This document shows, one piece after another, positions 19,893-29,205 of a stretch of DNA of 64,000 bases. The DNA is taken from positions 35,987-99,986 of the forward strand of contig CAWKCA010000043.1 in assembly GCA_963848005.1 (NCBI GenBank), read 5' to 3'. A program made the translations under genes and the position numbers. The notes under the pieces were generated by a model. It worked only from the letters and a program-made list of their open reading frames with translations, was not told the DNA's origin and did not search any database. The stretch is from an uncultured Candidatus Rokubacteria bacterium (GTDB taxonomy: Bacteria > Methylomirabilota > Methylomirabilia > Rokubacteriales > CSP1-6). The first letter of the stretch is position 1. Each line of letters opens with the position of its first letter.

Positions 19893-21152
19893 CTATCCGC
19901 GCGCCTCCCGGATCGCCTGGGCGACGAGACGAGCTCCCTCGTAGCAGCGCGCCGGCGGCTCGTAGCTGAAGGCGAGGCGGATGAACTGCTGTCCGCTGCC
20001 GTCGGCGAAGAAGGCCGGGCCCTGGCTGTACTGGATGCGAGCCTGGACGGCCAGCTCCAGGAGACGTGCCGGGTTCGTCCCCGTCGGGAGCTTGATCCAG
20101 ATGAAGAAGCCGCCCTCGGGCCGGCTGATCTCCACGTCAGTGCCCTCGAGGACTTCCCAGAGTCCTTTGAGCATGGCGTCGCGCTTGGCGCGATAGACGT
20201 TCACCAGGGTGGCCACGTGCTCGGCCATGTGATCGCGCATGTAGTAGGTGGCCACCCGCGACATGTACGGGCTGACGCCGCCGCCGTAGAGGAACGTCTG
20301 GAGGATGGGGACGAGTGGGCGCGGCGCGCAGAGCCAGCCCAGCCGCACGCCGGCGCCGAGGATCTTCGAGAGCGTTCCCGCGCGGATCACCCGGCCGCCG
20401 GTGTCGAGCGCGTAGACGGGCGGTTGGACGTCACCCTCGAAGCGAAGCTCGTTGTAGGCGTCGTCCTCCAGGATGATCGTGTCGTAGCGATGGGCCAGCT
20501 CGATCAGCTCGTGGCGACGGCGCAGAGAGAGGCAGGGGCCGGCCGGATTCTGGAAGTTGACGATGGTGTAGATGAGCTTGCACTGGCGCCCCGCGCGGCG
20601 CAGGCGCTCGAGGTGCTCGCGGACGGCGTCGGTCACCATGCCCTCGGCGTCCACGGGAACACAAAGGATCTCCGGCCCGTGCCGACGGATGGTGTGAAGC
20701 GTGCCCGAGAAGGTCGGCGCCTCGATGATGATGGGGTCGCCGACATCGACGAAGGCGCTGAAGGCCAGCGCGAGTGCGTGCCCGGAGCCATTCGCCACGA
20801 GGATGTTCTCGGGCGCGACTTTCAGGCCTTCGAAGAGCTCGTACTTGTGGCACACCAGCTCGCGCAGCGGGCGGTATCCCTGGTACTCGCCGTACATGAG
20901 GGCGGCGGCGCCCTCGGCCTTCATCACCTGCGCCGTGGCCTCCACGAGGCCGTCGTAGGGGAACGAGCCCGGATCTGGCTGGCCGGCGCCGAAATCGTAG
21001 AGAGGATCGACGACGGGACGCGTGGCGGCAGGGGGCGCGAGACGGGCGCGAGTCGACAGCAGGTGGTCCACGGCAGCGCTGGCGTGTGCATTCATGGCCG
21101 ACAGCATACGGAACGCGGCCGGCGATGTCACGCGCGCGGCGCTAACATTCAC
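19893..21152 (-). CDS. PLP-dependent aminotransferase, class I/II fold
   Basis: Intact [41 protein letters not shown] and a [12 protein letters not shown] lysine motif. Start uncertain (ATGs at 21152, 21107 and 21095). Confidence 0.8.
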   Translation of the reverse strand: MNVSAARVTSPAAFRMLSAMNAHASAAVDHLLSTRARLAPPAATRPVVDPLYDFGAGQPDPGSFPYDGLVEATAQVMKAEGAAALMYGEYQGYRPLRELVCHKYELFEGLKVAPENILVANGSGHALALAFSAFVDVGDPIIIEAPTFSGTLHTIRRHGPEILCVPVDAEGMVTDAVREHLERLRRAGRQCKLIYTIVNFQNPAGPCLSLRRRHELIELAHRYDTIILEDDAYNELRFEGDVQPPVYALDTGGRVIRAGTLSKILGAGVRLGWLCAPRPLVPILQTFLYGGGVSPYMSRVATYYMRDHMAEHVATLVNVYRAKRDAMLKGLWEVLEGTDVEISRPEGGFFIWIKLPTGTNPARLLELAVQARIQYSQGPAFFADGSGQQFIRLAFSYEPPARCYEGARLVAQAIREARG

Positions 21153-21176
21153 GAATGGCTTGACAGGGCGTGGCGC

Positions 21177-21779
21177 TTACCAGTCGCCGATCTTCTCGAA
21201 CTGGACATCGCGGACGATCCCGGCGGCATCGAGGGTGACCACCAGTTGCTTCCGGGCAAACCGCGCGGTGCCCTTCCTCTGCCCGTACAAGTAGACGAGC
21301 GCGTGTTCGCCGGGGGCGGGGGTGAGAGGGTAGATGTACATCCCGCTCGGCCGCCCGACCAGGTGGTCTCTGACCTCGGCCTCGGTCGTGACTCCCCGCG
21401 TGATGTCGGATACCCGGGTGTCGTCGAAGTCCGACGAGTCGGCCTTGAACGTCGAGATGGACTCGTACCCGACCAGCACCTCCCTGGCGAAATACAAGGC
21501 CATGGCCTTCGCGGCCGAAACCCCGGCTGCCGAGGCCGGAGCACCCGGGTCCGCGTAGCTGTAGGAGAAGGACGCGACCTCGATGCCGTCCTTCATGACT
21601 TTTCCCCGCTGCTGGGGAGGGCCGAATCGAGCCAGGATGTCCGCCGACGTCGTCTTGCCCAGGGCCAGCTCGTGGGGTTGGGGCCGCACGAAATCGCGGG
21701 CCCCCCCGGCACAGCCGAAGGCGGCCACGAGGACCCCGACGAGGAACAGGGTCTGGTCGAAGCTGAGATGGTCGCGCAT
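21177..21779 (-). CDS. lipoprotein with two BamE/SmpA-OmlA-like modules (hypothetical)
   Basis: MRDHLSFDQTLFLVGVLVAAFGC is a lipobox. Two segments resemble the BamE fold pattern (LALGKTTSADILARFGPP; ITRGVTTEAEVRDHLVGRP). Confidence 0.55.
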   Translation of the reverse strand: MRDHLSFDQTLFLVGVLVAAFGCAGGARDFVRPQPHELALGKTTSADILARFGPPQQRGKVMKDGIEVASFSYSYADPGAPASAAGVSAAKAMALYFAREVLVGYESISTFKADSSDFDDTRVSDITRGVTTEAEVRDHLVGRPSGMYIYPLTPAPGEHALVYLYGQRKGTARFARKQLVVTLDAAGIVRDVQFEKIGDW

Positions 21780-21808
21780 CGTCGTGACCCCGGGGGCGTC
21801 CCGGTACC

Positions 21809-21878
21809 TTACTGCCAAACGGTCTCCGGCCCCAGGGCGTTACGCCGTACTGCCGAACTGCCGACCCCAGGGCGTTAC
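21809..21878. promoter_or_regulatory. imperfect ~35-bp direct repeat in the divergent lipoprotein/vWA promoter region
   Basis: TTACTGCCAAACGGTCTCCGGCCCCAGGGCGTTAC (21809-21843) and GTACTGCCGAACTGCCGACCCCAGGGCGTTAC (21847-21878). The 14-mer CCCCAGGGCGTTAC is exact in both. Confidence 0.3.
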
Positions 21879-21917
21879 TCCGTTGACGGCAGGGATGGCT
21901 TCGCGTACGGTCGGCCC

Positions 21918-23930
21918 ATGAACATGCGGATGCGCTACTCGCGCTGGGACGGAACGCAGAAGATCGGGGACTTCGACGCCGAGGACCTCCTGGACGCCAT
22001 GTCCGAGGAGCTGATGGCCGAGGGCGACCTCAAGAGCGCGCTCCGCCGGCTGTTCCAGCGCGGCATGCAGGGACCTCAAGGGCGACTGCCAAGCCTGCGT
22101 GATCTCATGGAGCGCGTGCGCCAGCGGCGCCAGCGCGAGCTGGACCGCTACGACCTGGGCTCGGCGCTCGACGACATCAAGCAGAAGCTCGAGGCGATCC
22201 GAAAGACCGAGCGCGAGGGCATCGAGCGGCGGCTCGCCGAGACGCGCGAGCGCGCCCAGAGCGGAGAGATCCCGCAAGAGGGTCTGCGCCAGCTGGAGGA
22301 GATGGCCGCCCAGCGGCGCCAGGCCCTCGACCAGCTTCCCTCCGATCCCGCCGGGCAGATCATGGAGCTGTCGAAGTACGAGTTCATGGATCCCGAGGCC
22401 TGGCGGATGTTCCAGGAGCTGATGCAGTCGCTCCGCCAGCAGATGCTGAAGCCCTTCATGCAGGGCATGCAGCAGGCGCTCCAGGGGATGGGGCCACAAG
22501 ACCTCCAGCGGCTCCGGGAGATGCTGAAGGACCTCAACCGCATGCTTCAGGATCGGGCGGAGGGACGCGAGCCGAACTTCCAGGATTTCAAGAACAAATG
22601 GGGGCAGCACTTCCCCGGGGTCGAGAACCTCGACCAGCTCCTCGCCCAGATGGCCCAGCAGATGGCCCAGATGCAGTCGCTGATGGAGAGCATGTCCGCC
22701 GAGCAGCGCCAGCAGCTCCAGGAGATGATGCGTTCTCTCCTCGGCCGCGACGAGCAACTCGAGCGCCAGCTCGCCCAGCTCGCCGCCAACCTGGAAGAGC
22801 TGCTCCCCATGGACGAGCTGCGGCGGGAGTATGACTTCCGGGGAGAGGATCCGCTGACCCTTCGCGAGGCCATGCGCCTGATGGAGGAGCTGCAGCAGCT
22901 CGATCAGCTCGAGCGCCAGCTCCGCGGGGTCAAGAGCCCGGAGGATCTCCAGAAGGTCGACCGCGAGCAGTTCCAGCAGCTCCTCGGCCCCGAGGCCACG
23001 CGCGATCTGGACGATCTGAAAGACGTCACCCAGAAGCTCGAGGAGGCGGGTTATCTCGAGCGCGATGGCGACGAGCTGAAGCTCACCGCCAAGGCCATCC
23101 GCCGCATCGGTGACAAGGCCCTGCGCGACATCTTCTCCACCCTCAAGCGCGACCGCTTTGGCGGCCACGCCATCCATCGGCGCGGCGGCGGGGGCGATCA
23201 GGGCGACGAGACGAAGGCCTACGAATTCGGCGATCCGTTCCTGCTCGACCTGAAGGAAACCGTGATGAACGCCGTCGAGCGCGCGGGAACGGGGACACCT
23301 GTGCGGCTGGCCCCCGGCGACTTCGAGGTCTTTCGCACGGAGCTGCGCACGCAGTCGGCCACCGTGGTCATGCTCGACCTCAGCCGCTCCATGCTCAACA
23401 ACGGCTACTTCGGCCCGGCCAAGAAGGTGGCCATGGCGCTGGCCTCGCTGATCCGCACCCAGTTCCCGCGCGACAGCCTGTACGTCATCGGCTTCTCCAT
23501 GTACGCCCGCGAGTACAAGCCGTACCAGGTGCCGCGCCTGTCCTGGAGCGACTGCGACTACGGGACGAACATGCACGCGGGCTTCGCCCTCTCGCGGCGC
23601 CTTCTGGCCCGGCACACCGGGGGCAACAAGCAGGTCCTCATGGTGACCGACGGCGAGCCGACCGCGCATCTCATGCGCAACGGGCAGGCCGACTTCAACT
23701 ACCCGCCGACCCGCGAGACCATCCAGGAGACGCTCCGCGAGGTCCAGCGCTGCACGCGCGACGGCGTCACCATCAATACCTTCATGCTCGAGCGCAGCTC
23801 GTGGCTGACCTCGTTCGTGGAAGAGATGGCGCGCATCAATCATGGCCGCGCCTTCTTCTCGACGCCCGATCGCCTCGGGGAGTACCTGCTCGTCGACTAC
23901 GTTCGTTCCAAACGGACTCGGCTGTTGTAA
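21918..23930 (+). CDS. large vWA-domain protein with long Q/E/L/M-rich coiled-coil N-terminal region (COG4867/CoxE-like vWA)
   Basis: 670 aa. About 430 aa are predicted coiled coil (QQMAQMQSLMESMSAEQRQQLQEMM...). The C-terminal vWA domain has a MIDAS-like DLSRSM...TNM...VTDGEPT. Only the last 670 codons of ORF 19626-23930 are sense; the rest is antisense shadow. Confidence 0.8.
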   Translation: MNMRMRYSRWDGTQKIGDFDAEDLLDAMSEELMAEGDLKSALRRLFQRGMQGPQGRLPSLRDLMERVRQRRQRELDRYDLGSALDDIKQKLEAIRKTEREGIERRLAETRERAQSGEIPQEGLRQLEEMAAQRRQALDQLPSDPAGQIMELSKYEFMDPEAWRMFQELMQSLRQQMLKPFMQGMQQALQGMGPQDLQRLREMLKDLNRMLQDRAEGREPNFQDFKNKWGQHFPGVENLDQLLAQMAQQMAQMQSLMESMSAEQRQQLQEMMRSLLGRDEQLERQLAQLAANLEELLPMDELRREYDFRGEDPLTLREAMRLMEELQQLDQLERQLRGVKSPEDLQKVDREQFQQLLGPEATRDLDDLKDVTQKLEEAGYLERDGDELKLTAKAIRRIGDKALRDIFSTLKRDRFGGHAIHRRGGGGDQGDETKAYEFGDPFLLDLKETVMNAVERAGTGTPVRLAPGDFEVFRTELRTQSATVVMLDLSRSMLNNGYFGPAKKVAMALASLIRTQFPRDSLYVIGFSMYAREYKPYQVPRLSWSDCDYGTNMHAGFALSRRLLARHTGGNKQVLMVTDGEPTAHLMRNGQADFNYPPTRETIQETLREVQRCTRDGVTINTFMLERSSWLTSFVEEMARINHGRAFFSTPDRLGEYLLVDYVRSKRTRLL

Positions 23931-24004
23931 TGGGAGGCCTCGAAAGGGCCCCCCAAGCCCCCCGTGCGCTCGGGGCGCCCCGGCGAAGCCGGGGCGCCCC
24001 TCGA
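23930..24004 (-). repeat. REP/MITE-like element, copy 2
   Basis: ATGGGAGGCCTCGAAAGGGCCCCCCAAGCCCCCCGTGCGCTCGGGGCGCCCCGGCGAAGCCGGGGCGCCCCTCGA. This is the reverse orientation of copy 1. It starts on the last base of the vWA stop codon. Confidence 0.7.
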
Positions 24005-24049
24005 TTCCGCGCGTGGTTTGGGTGGCCCGACGTGCGTCCTGCTCTTCTG

Positions 24050-26303
24050 TTGAAGGTCGTTTGCGTCGGCGGCGGGCCGGCTGGGCTGTACCTGGCCATC
24101 CTGCTGAAGAAGGCCGATCCCGCCCACGAGGTCACCGTCCTCGAGCGCAACCGCCGCGACGACACCTTTGGCTTCGGCGTGGTCTTCTCCGACGCCACCA
24201 TGCATCACTTCGCCGAGGCCGACCGCGAGAGCTACGAGGCCATCGCCCAGCGCTTCGCGCACTGGGACGACATCGAGGTCCACTACCAGGGAGAGGTCCT
24301 GACCTCGTGCGGCCACGGCTTCGCCGGACTCTCCCGCCAGGCGCTGCTCGACATCCTCCAGCAGCGCGCCAAGGGCCTCGGGGTGGATGTGCGCTTCGAG
24401 ACCGAGGTGAACGATCTCGCGCGGCATGCAGACGCCGACCTGATCGTCGGCGCCGACGGGGTCAACAGCACGGTGCGCGCGGCTCACGCCGAGCACTTCG
24501 AGCCCACCGTCGACTGGCGCCCCAATCGCTTCGTCTGGCTGGGCACGACCTTTCCCTACCGGGCCTTCACCTTCCTCTTCAAGGAGAACGAGCACGGGTT
24601 GTGGCGGGTGCACGCCTATCGCTACGACAAGGACGCCTCGACGTTCATTCTCGAATCAACGGAAGCCACCTGGCGGCGCGCCGGGCTCGACCGGGCTACG
24701 GAAGAGGGCACCGTCGCGTACTGCCGAGCGGCTCTTCACGAGCGAGCTGGAGGGCCACCGCATCCTCACGAACCGGTCCCTCTGGCGGAGCTTTCCCACC
24801 GTGCAGAACACACGGTGGCACTGGCGAAACGTCGTGCTCCTGGGCGACGCCGCCCACACCGCCCACTTCTCCATCGGCTCGGGCACGAAGCTGGCGATGG
24901 AGGACGCCATCGCGCTGAGCGGCGCCGTGGGGCGACACCACGACGTGGAGGCCGCGCTCGTCGCCTACGAGGCGGAGCGCCGGCCCGAGGTGGAGAGTCT
25001 TCAGCGCGCCGCCGAGGTGAGCCTGCGCTGGTTCGAGGAGACCGAGCGTTACCACGGCCGCCTCCCGCCGATCCAGTTCGCCTTCAGTCTCCTCACGCGG
25101 AGCCTCCGCGTCACCCACGAGGACTTCAAGCGGCGCGACCCCTCGGTGGTCGAGGCGGTGAACCGCTGGTTCGCTGAGCAGGCATGCCCTGACGGCGCGA
25201 CGAGCCATCGCGCTCCACCCCCGCCGATGTTCACCCCGTTCCGGCTGCGCTCTGTCGTGCTCGCCAACCGCGTGGTGGTCTCGCCCATGTGCCAGTACTC
25301 GGCGGAGGACGGCACCCCGACCGACTGGCACCTCGTCCACCTCGGGAGCCGCGCCATGGGAGGGGCCGGGCTCGTCATCGCCGAGATGACCGATGTCAGC
25401 CGCGACGGCCGCATCACGCCGGGCTGCACGGGCATGTACAAGCCCGAGCACGTGGAGGCCTGGCGTCGCATCGTCGGTTTCGTGCATGCCCACGGCGGGG
25501 CGAAGATCGGGCTTCAGCTCGCCCACGCCGGGCGCAAGGGCTCCACGCGGCGACCGTGGGAGGGAGGCGAGGACGCGCCGCTCGCCGCGGGGAACTGGCC
25601 GCTGATCGCGGCCTCACCGATCCCGTATCGAGAGGACAGTCAGGTCCCGCGAGCCATGGATCGCGCCGACATGGACGACATCTGCGACGACTTCGTTCGA
25701 GCGGCCCTGATGGCCCACGACGCCAGCTTCGACCTGCTGGAGCTGCACTTTGCCCACGGCTACCTACTGGCCAGCTTCATCTCGCCCCTGACCAACCGGC
25801 GCGACGACGAGCACGGCGGGCCCCTCGAGAACCGGATGCGCTACCCGCTGGAGATCTTCGACGCCGTGCGGCGGGTGTGGCCCGGTGACAAGCCGATCTC
25901 CGTGCGCATCTCGGCCACGGATTGGGCGGACGGGGGAACCACGGGTGACGATGCGGTGCACATCGCCGCGATGCTCCGGGCGCACGGCTGCGACATCGTC
26001 GACGTCTCCACCGGCCAGACGGCGCCCGACACACGACCGGCGTACGGGCGGCTCTACCAGACGCCGTTCAGCGAGCGCATCCGGCTGGAGGTGGGCATCC
26101 CCACCATGACCGTCGGCGCCATCGCCTCCTACGCCGACGTCAACAGCATCCTCGCTGCGGGACGGGCCGACCTCTGCGTGCTGGCCCGCGCCCATCTCTA
26201 CGATCCGTACTGGACGCGCCACGCGGCCTACGAACAGGACTACGACCTGCCGTGGCCCGATCCGTACCTCCCCGTCAGGAGCTTCACGCCCCGCCCGAGC
26301 TGA
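24050..26303 (+). CDS. bifunctional FAD-dependent aromatic-ring monooxygenase / Old-Yellow-Enzyme-type NADH:flavin oxidoreductase (salicylyl-CoA 5-hydroxylase / 2-aminobenzoyl-CoA monooxygenase-reductase-like), one frameshift near 24740
   Basis: KVVCVGGGPAGL (dinucleotide fold), GADGVNSTVR and LLGDAAHTAHFSIGSGTKLAMEDA (monooxygenase half). Then VVSPMCQY...GLQLAHAGRK...HFAHGYLL..F.SPLTN.R.DE.GG...R (OYE half). TTG 24050 and GTG 24032 are both possible starts. Confidence 0.8.
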
Positions 26304-27151
26304 GGGCTGGGAGACGGATCGCGGCCCACCTCGTGGGGCCGCCGCGTCGGCGTGGTCAATCCGAGCTGCTTCGAGAGGAAGTCGGCCCGGTCCATGCGCC
26401 GAAGGATAGTGGCCACGCGGCGCTGATAGGCGCGGCTGGTGATGCCGGGATACCAGACGGTGGGATTCGGCAGACTGGCGGCCAGCTGAGCGGCCTCTGC
26501 GTCGCTCAGATCCGCGGCGGCCCTGGCGAAGTAGCGGCGGCTGGCCGCCTCGGCGCCAAAGATCCCCGGACCCAGCTCCACGACGTTCAGGTACAGCTCG
26601 AGGATGCGGCGCTTGCCGAGTCGCCGCTCGAGCTGCCAGGTGAGCACGGCCTCCTTCAGCTTGCGGTAGGGGTTGCGCGAGGGCGAGAGCCAGAGGTTCT
26701 TGGCGAGCTGCTGGCTGATCGTCGAGGCGCCGCGGGGCGGCTCGCCTTCGTCGATGGCCTCGCGCGCGGCCTTCTCGATCTCCGCGAAGTCGAAGCCGTG
26801 GTGCGAGAAGAAGTTGACGTCCTCGGCCACCAGCACGGCGCGCTTGAGCGACGGCGCGATGGCGGTGTACGGAACCCAGCGCCAGTCGACGCGGTCGCTG
26901 CGGCCTCGCGCGCGCTGCTCCTGGCGATAGCGCTCGATGAACGCGGTCGTCGCGGGCCGCCCTCGCGCGAGGGCGGCCACGTCAGGCCAGGTCCAGACCT
27001 CGTACGCGAGCAGGGCCACGACGGCGAGCGCGCCCACGAGAACGAGGCGACGCAGGATGCCGGCGCAGCGCCGTGCCCTCGAGGAGCGCCCCGGGGAACC
27101 CGGGGCGCGACGAGCGCGGGGGGCTTGGGGAGCTCGAGCTAGGCTCCCCAT
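26240..27151 (-). CDS. mtgA: monofunctional biosynthetic peptidoglycan transglycosylase
   Basis: TM anchor LVLVGALAVVALLAY. GT51 motifs AVLVAEDVNFFSHHGFD, GASTISQQLAKNL and RKLKEAVLTWQLE..L.KRRILELYLNVVE. The only in-frame start upstream of the TM lies in REP copy 3. The 3' end overlaps the convergent gene by 64 nt. Confidence 0.75.
   Translation of the reverse strand: MGSLARAPQAPRARRAPGSPGRSSRARRCAGILRRLVLVGALAVVALLAYEVWTWPDVAALARGRPATTAFIERYRQEQRARGRSDRVDWRWVPYTAIAPSLKRAVLVAEDVNFFSHHGFDFAEIEKAAREAIDEGEPPRGASTISQQLAKNLWLSPSRNPYRKLKEAVLTWQLERRLGKRRILELYLNVVELGPGIFGAEAASRRYFARAAADLSDAEAAQLAASLPNPTVWYPGITSRAYQRRVATILRRMDRADFLSKQLGLTTPTRRPHEVGRDPSPSPQLGRGVKLLTGRYGSGHGRS
27079..27151 (+). repeat. 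REP/MITE-like element, copy 3
   Basis: TCGAGGAGCGCCCCGGGGAACCCGGGGCGCGACGAGCGCGGGGGGCTTGGGGAGCTCGAGCTAGGCTCCCCAT. Confidence 0.7.
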
Positions 27152-27419
27152 CCGACCGGGTCCCAGGGGGGTGCGCTCAGGCGTCGCCAGCCGTCGCTGG
27201 CCATGGCGGGCACCCACGCGCGCTGCTCGGCCACCAGCGCGGGTCCCAGGCGGATAGGCGAGAACCACAGGGAGCGTGAATCCTCCTCGGCCGTCGGCCA
27301 TCGCGCGGGGGGCAACGGATGGCGAACCCGCCGCCACGCGGTCGCGCTCATCCTCGGTCAGCAGCGGCGACGGTCGCGACTCTGGCTGATCAAAGGATGA
27401 CCGGGCCCGAACGGGCAGC

Positions 27420-28196
27420 TCATGCGGTTCTCGCGGGGGCGGCCGCGGACCCGTCGATCACGATGGTCTCGCCGTTGGTGCCGTCCTCGTCGAGGAGCTT
27501 CACCGCGGCCGCCGCGATTTCCTCGGGCTGGACGAGGCGCCCGCCCGGGTTCTCGCGGGCCAGGAAGGCGACCGCGTCGTCATAGGAGCACCCGGTCCTG
27601 GCGGCGATGTTGCGCGCGCTGTTCCAGACCATGTCGGTGGCGACGTAGCCCGGGCACAGGGCGTTAGCCGTCACACCTTTGCCGGCCACCTCGACGGCCA
27701 GCGCGCGGGTGAGCCCGACGAGTGCGTGCTTCGAGGCCACGTAGGCCGTGACGTAGGCCGCGCCAGAGAGACCGGCCAGCGAGGCCACGTTGATGACGCG
27801 CCCCCAGGCCCGCTCGAGCATGCCCGGCATGACTTCGCGCGCGAGGACGAAGGGGGCGGTGGTGTTGATGCGCAGGTGGCGCTCCCACAGGTCGAGGCCC
27901 GTCCGAGCGAGGGGCGCCGACTCCGCGATGCCCGCGTTGTTCACGAGCACGTCGACGGGGCCGAGATCGGCGGTGACGCGGGCCACCGCGCGCGGGATGG
28001 CCGCGAGATCCGCGACATCGAGGGACACGGCGAGGGCGCGGACACCGCAGCACCGCGCCGTCTCGGCCGTCGCCTCCAGGAGCGACGGGGACCGGCCCGC
28101 GAGGGCGACGTGCACTCCCGCGCGCGCGAAGGCCTCGGCGATCGCGCGTCCGATCCCGCGACCGGCGCCGGTGACGAGCGCGACACGGGCGCTCAC
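27420..28196 (-). CDS. SDR-family oxidoreductase (3-oxoacyl-ACP reductase / 3-hydroxybutyrate dehydrogenase-like)
   Basis: TGAGRGIG, NNAG and Y-x3-K (YVASKHAL) motifs. Intact 258 aa. GTG start at 28196. Confidence 0.85.
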   Translation of the reverse strand: MSARVALVTGAGRGIGRAIAEAFARAGVHVALAGRSPSLLEATAETARCCGVRALAVSLDVADLAAIPRAVARVTADLGPVDVLVNNAGIAESAPLARTGLDLWERHLRINTTAPFVLAREVMPGMLERAWGRVINVASLAGLSGAAYVTAYVASKHALVGLTRALAVEVAGKGVTANALCPGYVATDMVWNSARNIAARTGCSYDDAVAFLARENPGGRLVQPEEIAAAAVKLLDEDGTNGETIVIDGSAAAPARTA

Positions 28197-28393
28197 TGAC
28201 TCTGCATGCAGAAGAAGAAGAACATCGGTTGCGCGTTGGGATCCTGCCCCGGCGAGCCCGCCGCGGGAGGGGTCATGCAGCGAACGTCGGGGGCTCGGGT
28301 GGCGCGGGGAATCGGGTCAGACGCCACGCCACTGCAGGCGGATCCGCACGCGACGAGCAGCAGGAGTACGCCGAAGGACAGACGCAGGTTCAT
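28193..28393 (-). CDS. small lipoprotein (hypothetical)
   Basis: MNLRLSFGVLLLLVACGSAC is a lipobox. 66 aa. Its stop overlaps the SDR start (GTGA). Confidence 0.4.
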   Translation of the reverse strand: MNLRLSFGVLLLLVACGSACSGVASDPIPRATRAPDVRCMTPPAAGSPGQDPNAQPMFFFFCMQSQ

Positions 28394-28470
28394 GCCCGCT
28401 ATCGTAGCCGAAGGGCCGGGCAACCCAGCAGGGGGCACAGCGGCCCGCCGGGCGAGGAGCATGGACGCGG

Positions 28471-29205
28471 CTACTTGACGGTCCGGAGGACGATCTGGCC
28501 GTACCAGGCGACGGCGGTCTCGCCGGCCTCGTCGGTGTCCGTCATGATGCCCACACCCGTGATGGGAAACGGCTCCCGTCCGAACGCCTGGCGGTAGTCC
28601 TCGTAGACGTTGCGCTCTTCCATCACCCAGCGGCCGGTGTCCTCGGGCCCGCTGCGGAGCACGATCACTCGCTCGTTCCTCGCGTCAGGGACATCGTGAG
28701 CCGTGCCCCGCGGAAGCCGACGATCCCAGACGTAGTGCAGCACGCCGGCGTGGGGGTACTCGCGGTACCAGGTTCGATACGCCCAATAGGTCGCGCGTTC
28801 CCACAGCGATGCCTTTGTCCGGTCGTAGCGGAACTTGACGTAGACCTGCGCGGGATGGTCGCTGCCAATCTTCCCCGGCCCGTCAGCGTTGGCGAGGACC
28901 TTTTGAATCTTCCATCGCCACTCCATGACCCGGTAGACTGCCGGATTGACCTCGAGGGGCCGGTAGAGACTCGAAGCAGACGCGCGACTCTCGGCCTGGA
29001 GCACATCGGCGTCGGCCTCGCGCACCATTCGGTAGCGCGTCGACGCCACGGTCTTGCTCGGCGGGACGTGTTGCCATCCCACGGGCAGGCCTTCCACACC
29101 CGGCGACGCGCTCGGCCCCACGACCAACATCTCCGCGGGGAAGCTCCGACCGGCGGCCAGAACACCAGCCAGGAGACCGGCCAGAATCAGGGCGGTGAGC
29201 CTCAT
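28471..29205 (-). CDS. DUF3047-domain protein (paralog 1)
   Basis: Signal peptide MRLTALILAGLLAGVLAA. Conserved W.W.. core (VMEWRWKIQKVL), HPAQVYV and GVGIMTDTD. Paralogous to 59256-60024. Confidence 0.7.
   Translation of the reverse strand: MRLTALILAGLLAGVLAAGRSFPAEMLVVGPSASPGVEGLPVGWQHVPPSKTVASTRYRMVREADADVLQAESRASASSLYRPLEVNPAVYRVMEWRWKIQKVLANADGPGKIGSDHPAQVYVKFRYDRTKASLWERATYWAYRTWYREYPHAGVLHYVWDRRLPRGTAHDVPDARNERVIVLRSGPEDTGRWVMEERNVYEDYRQAFGREPFPITGVGIMTDTDEAGETAVAWYGQIVLRTVK

Noticed and set aside
17837-19969. 710-aa plus-strand ORF and 555-aa minus ORF overlapping the dehydratase
   Set aside because: These are shadow frames of an intact, motif-rich IlvD/Edd gene. Composition is dominated by Arg/Gly/Ala/Asp.
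19626-21917. First ~760 codons of the 1434-aa plus-strand ORF 19626-23930
   Set aside because: This part is antisense to the intact IlvD/Edd dehydratase, aminotransferase and lipoprotein genes. It translates to low-complexity Arg/Gly/Ala/Asp-rich sequence typical of shadow ORFs in high-GC DNA. Only the part from ATG 21918 has protein-like features.
26240-26303. 64-nt convergent overlap of mtgA and the monooxygenase gene as a functional antisense arrangement
   Set aside because: The mtgA C-terminal ~40 residues beyond the conserved domain are low-complexity. This probably reflects a missed stop or frameshift. There is no independent evidence for regulation.
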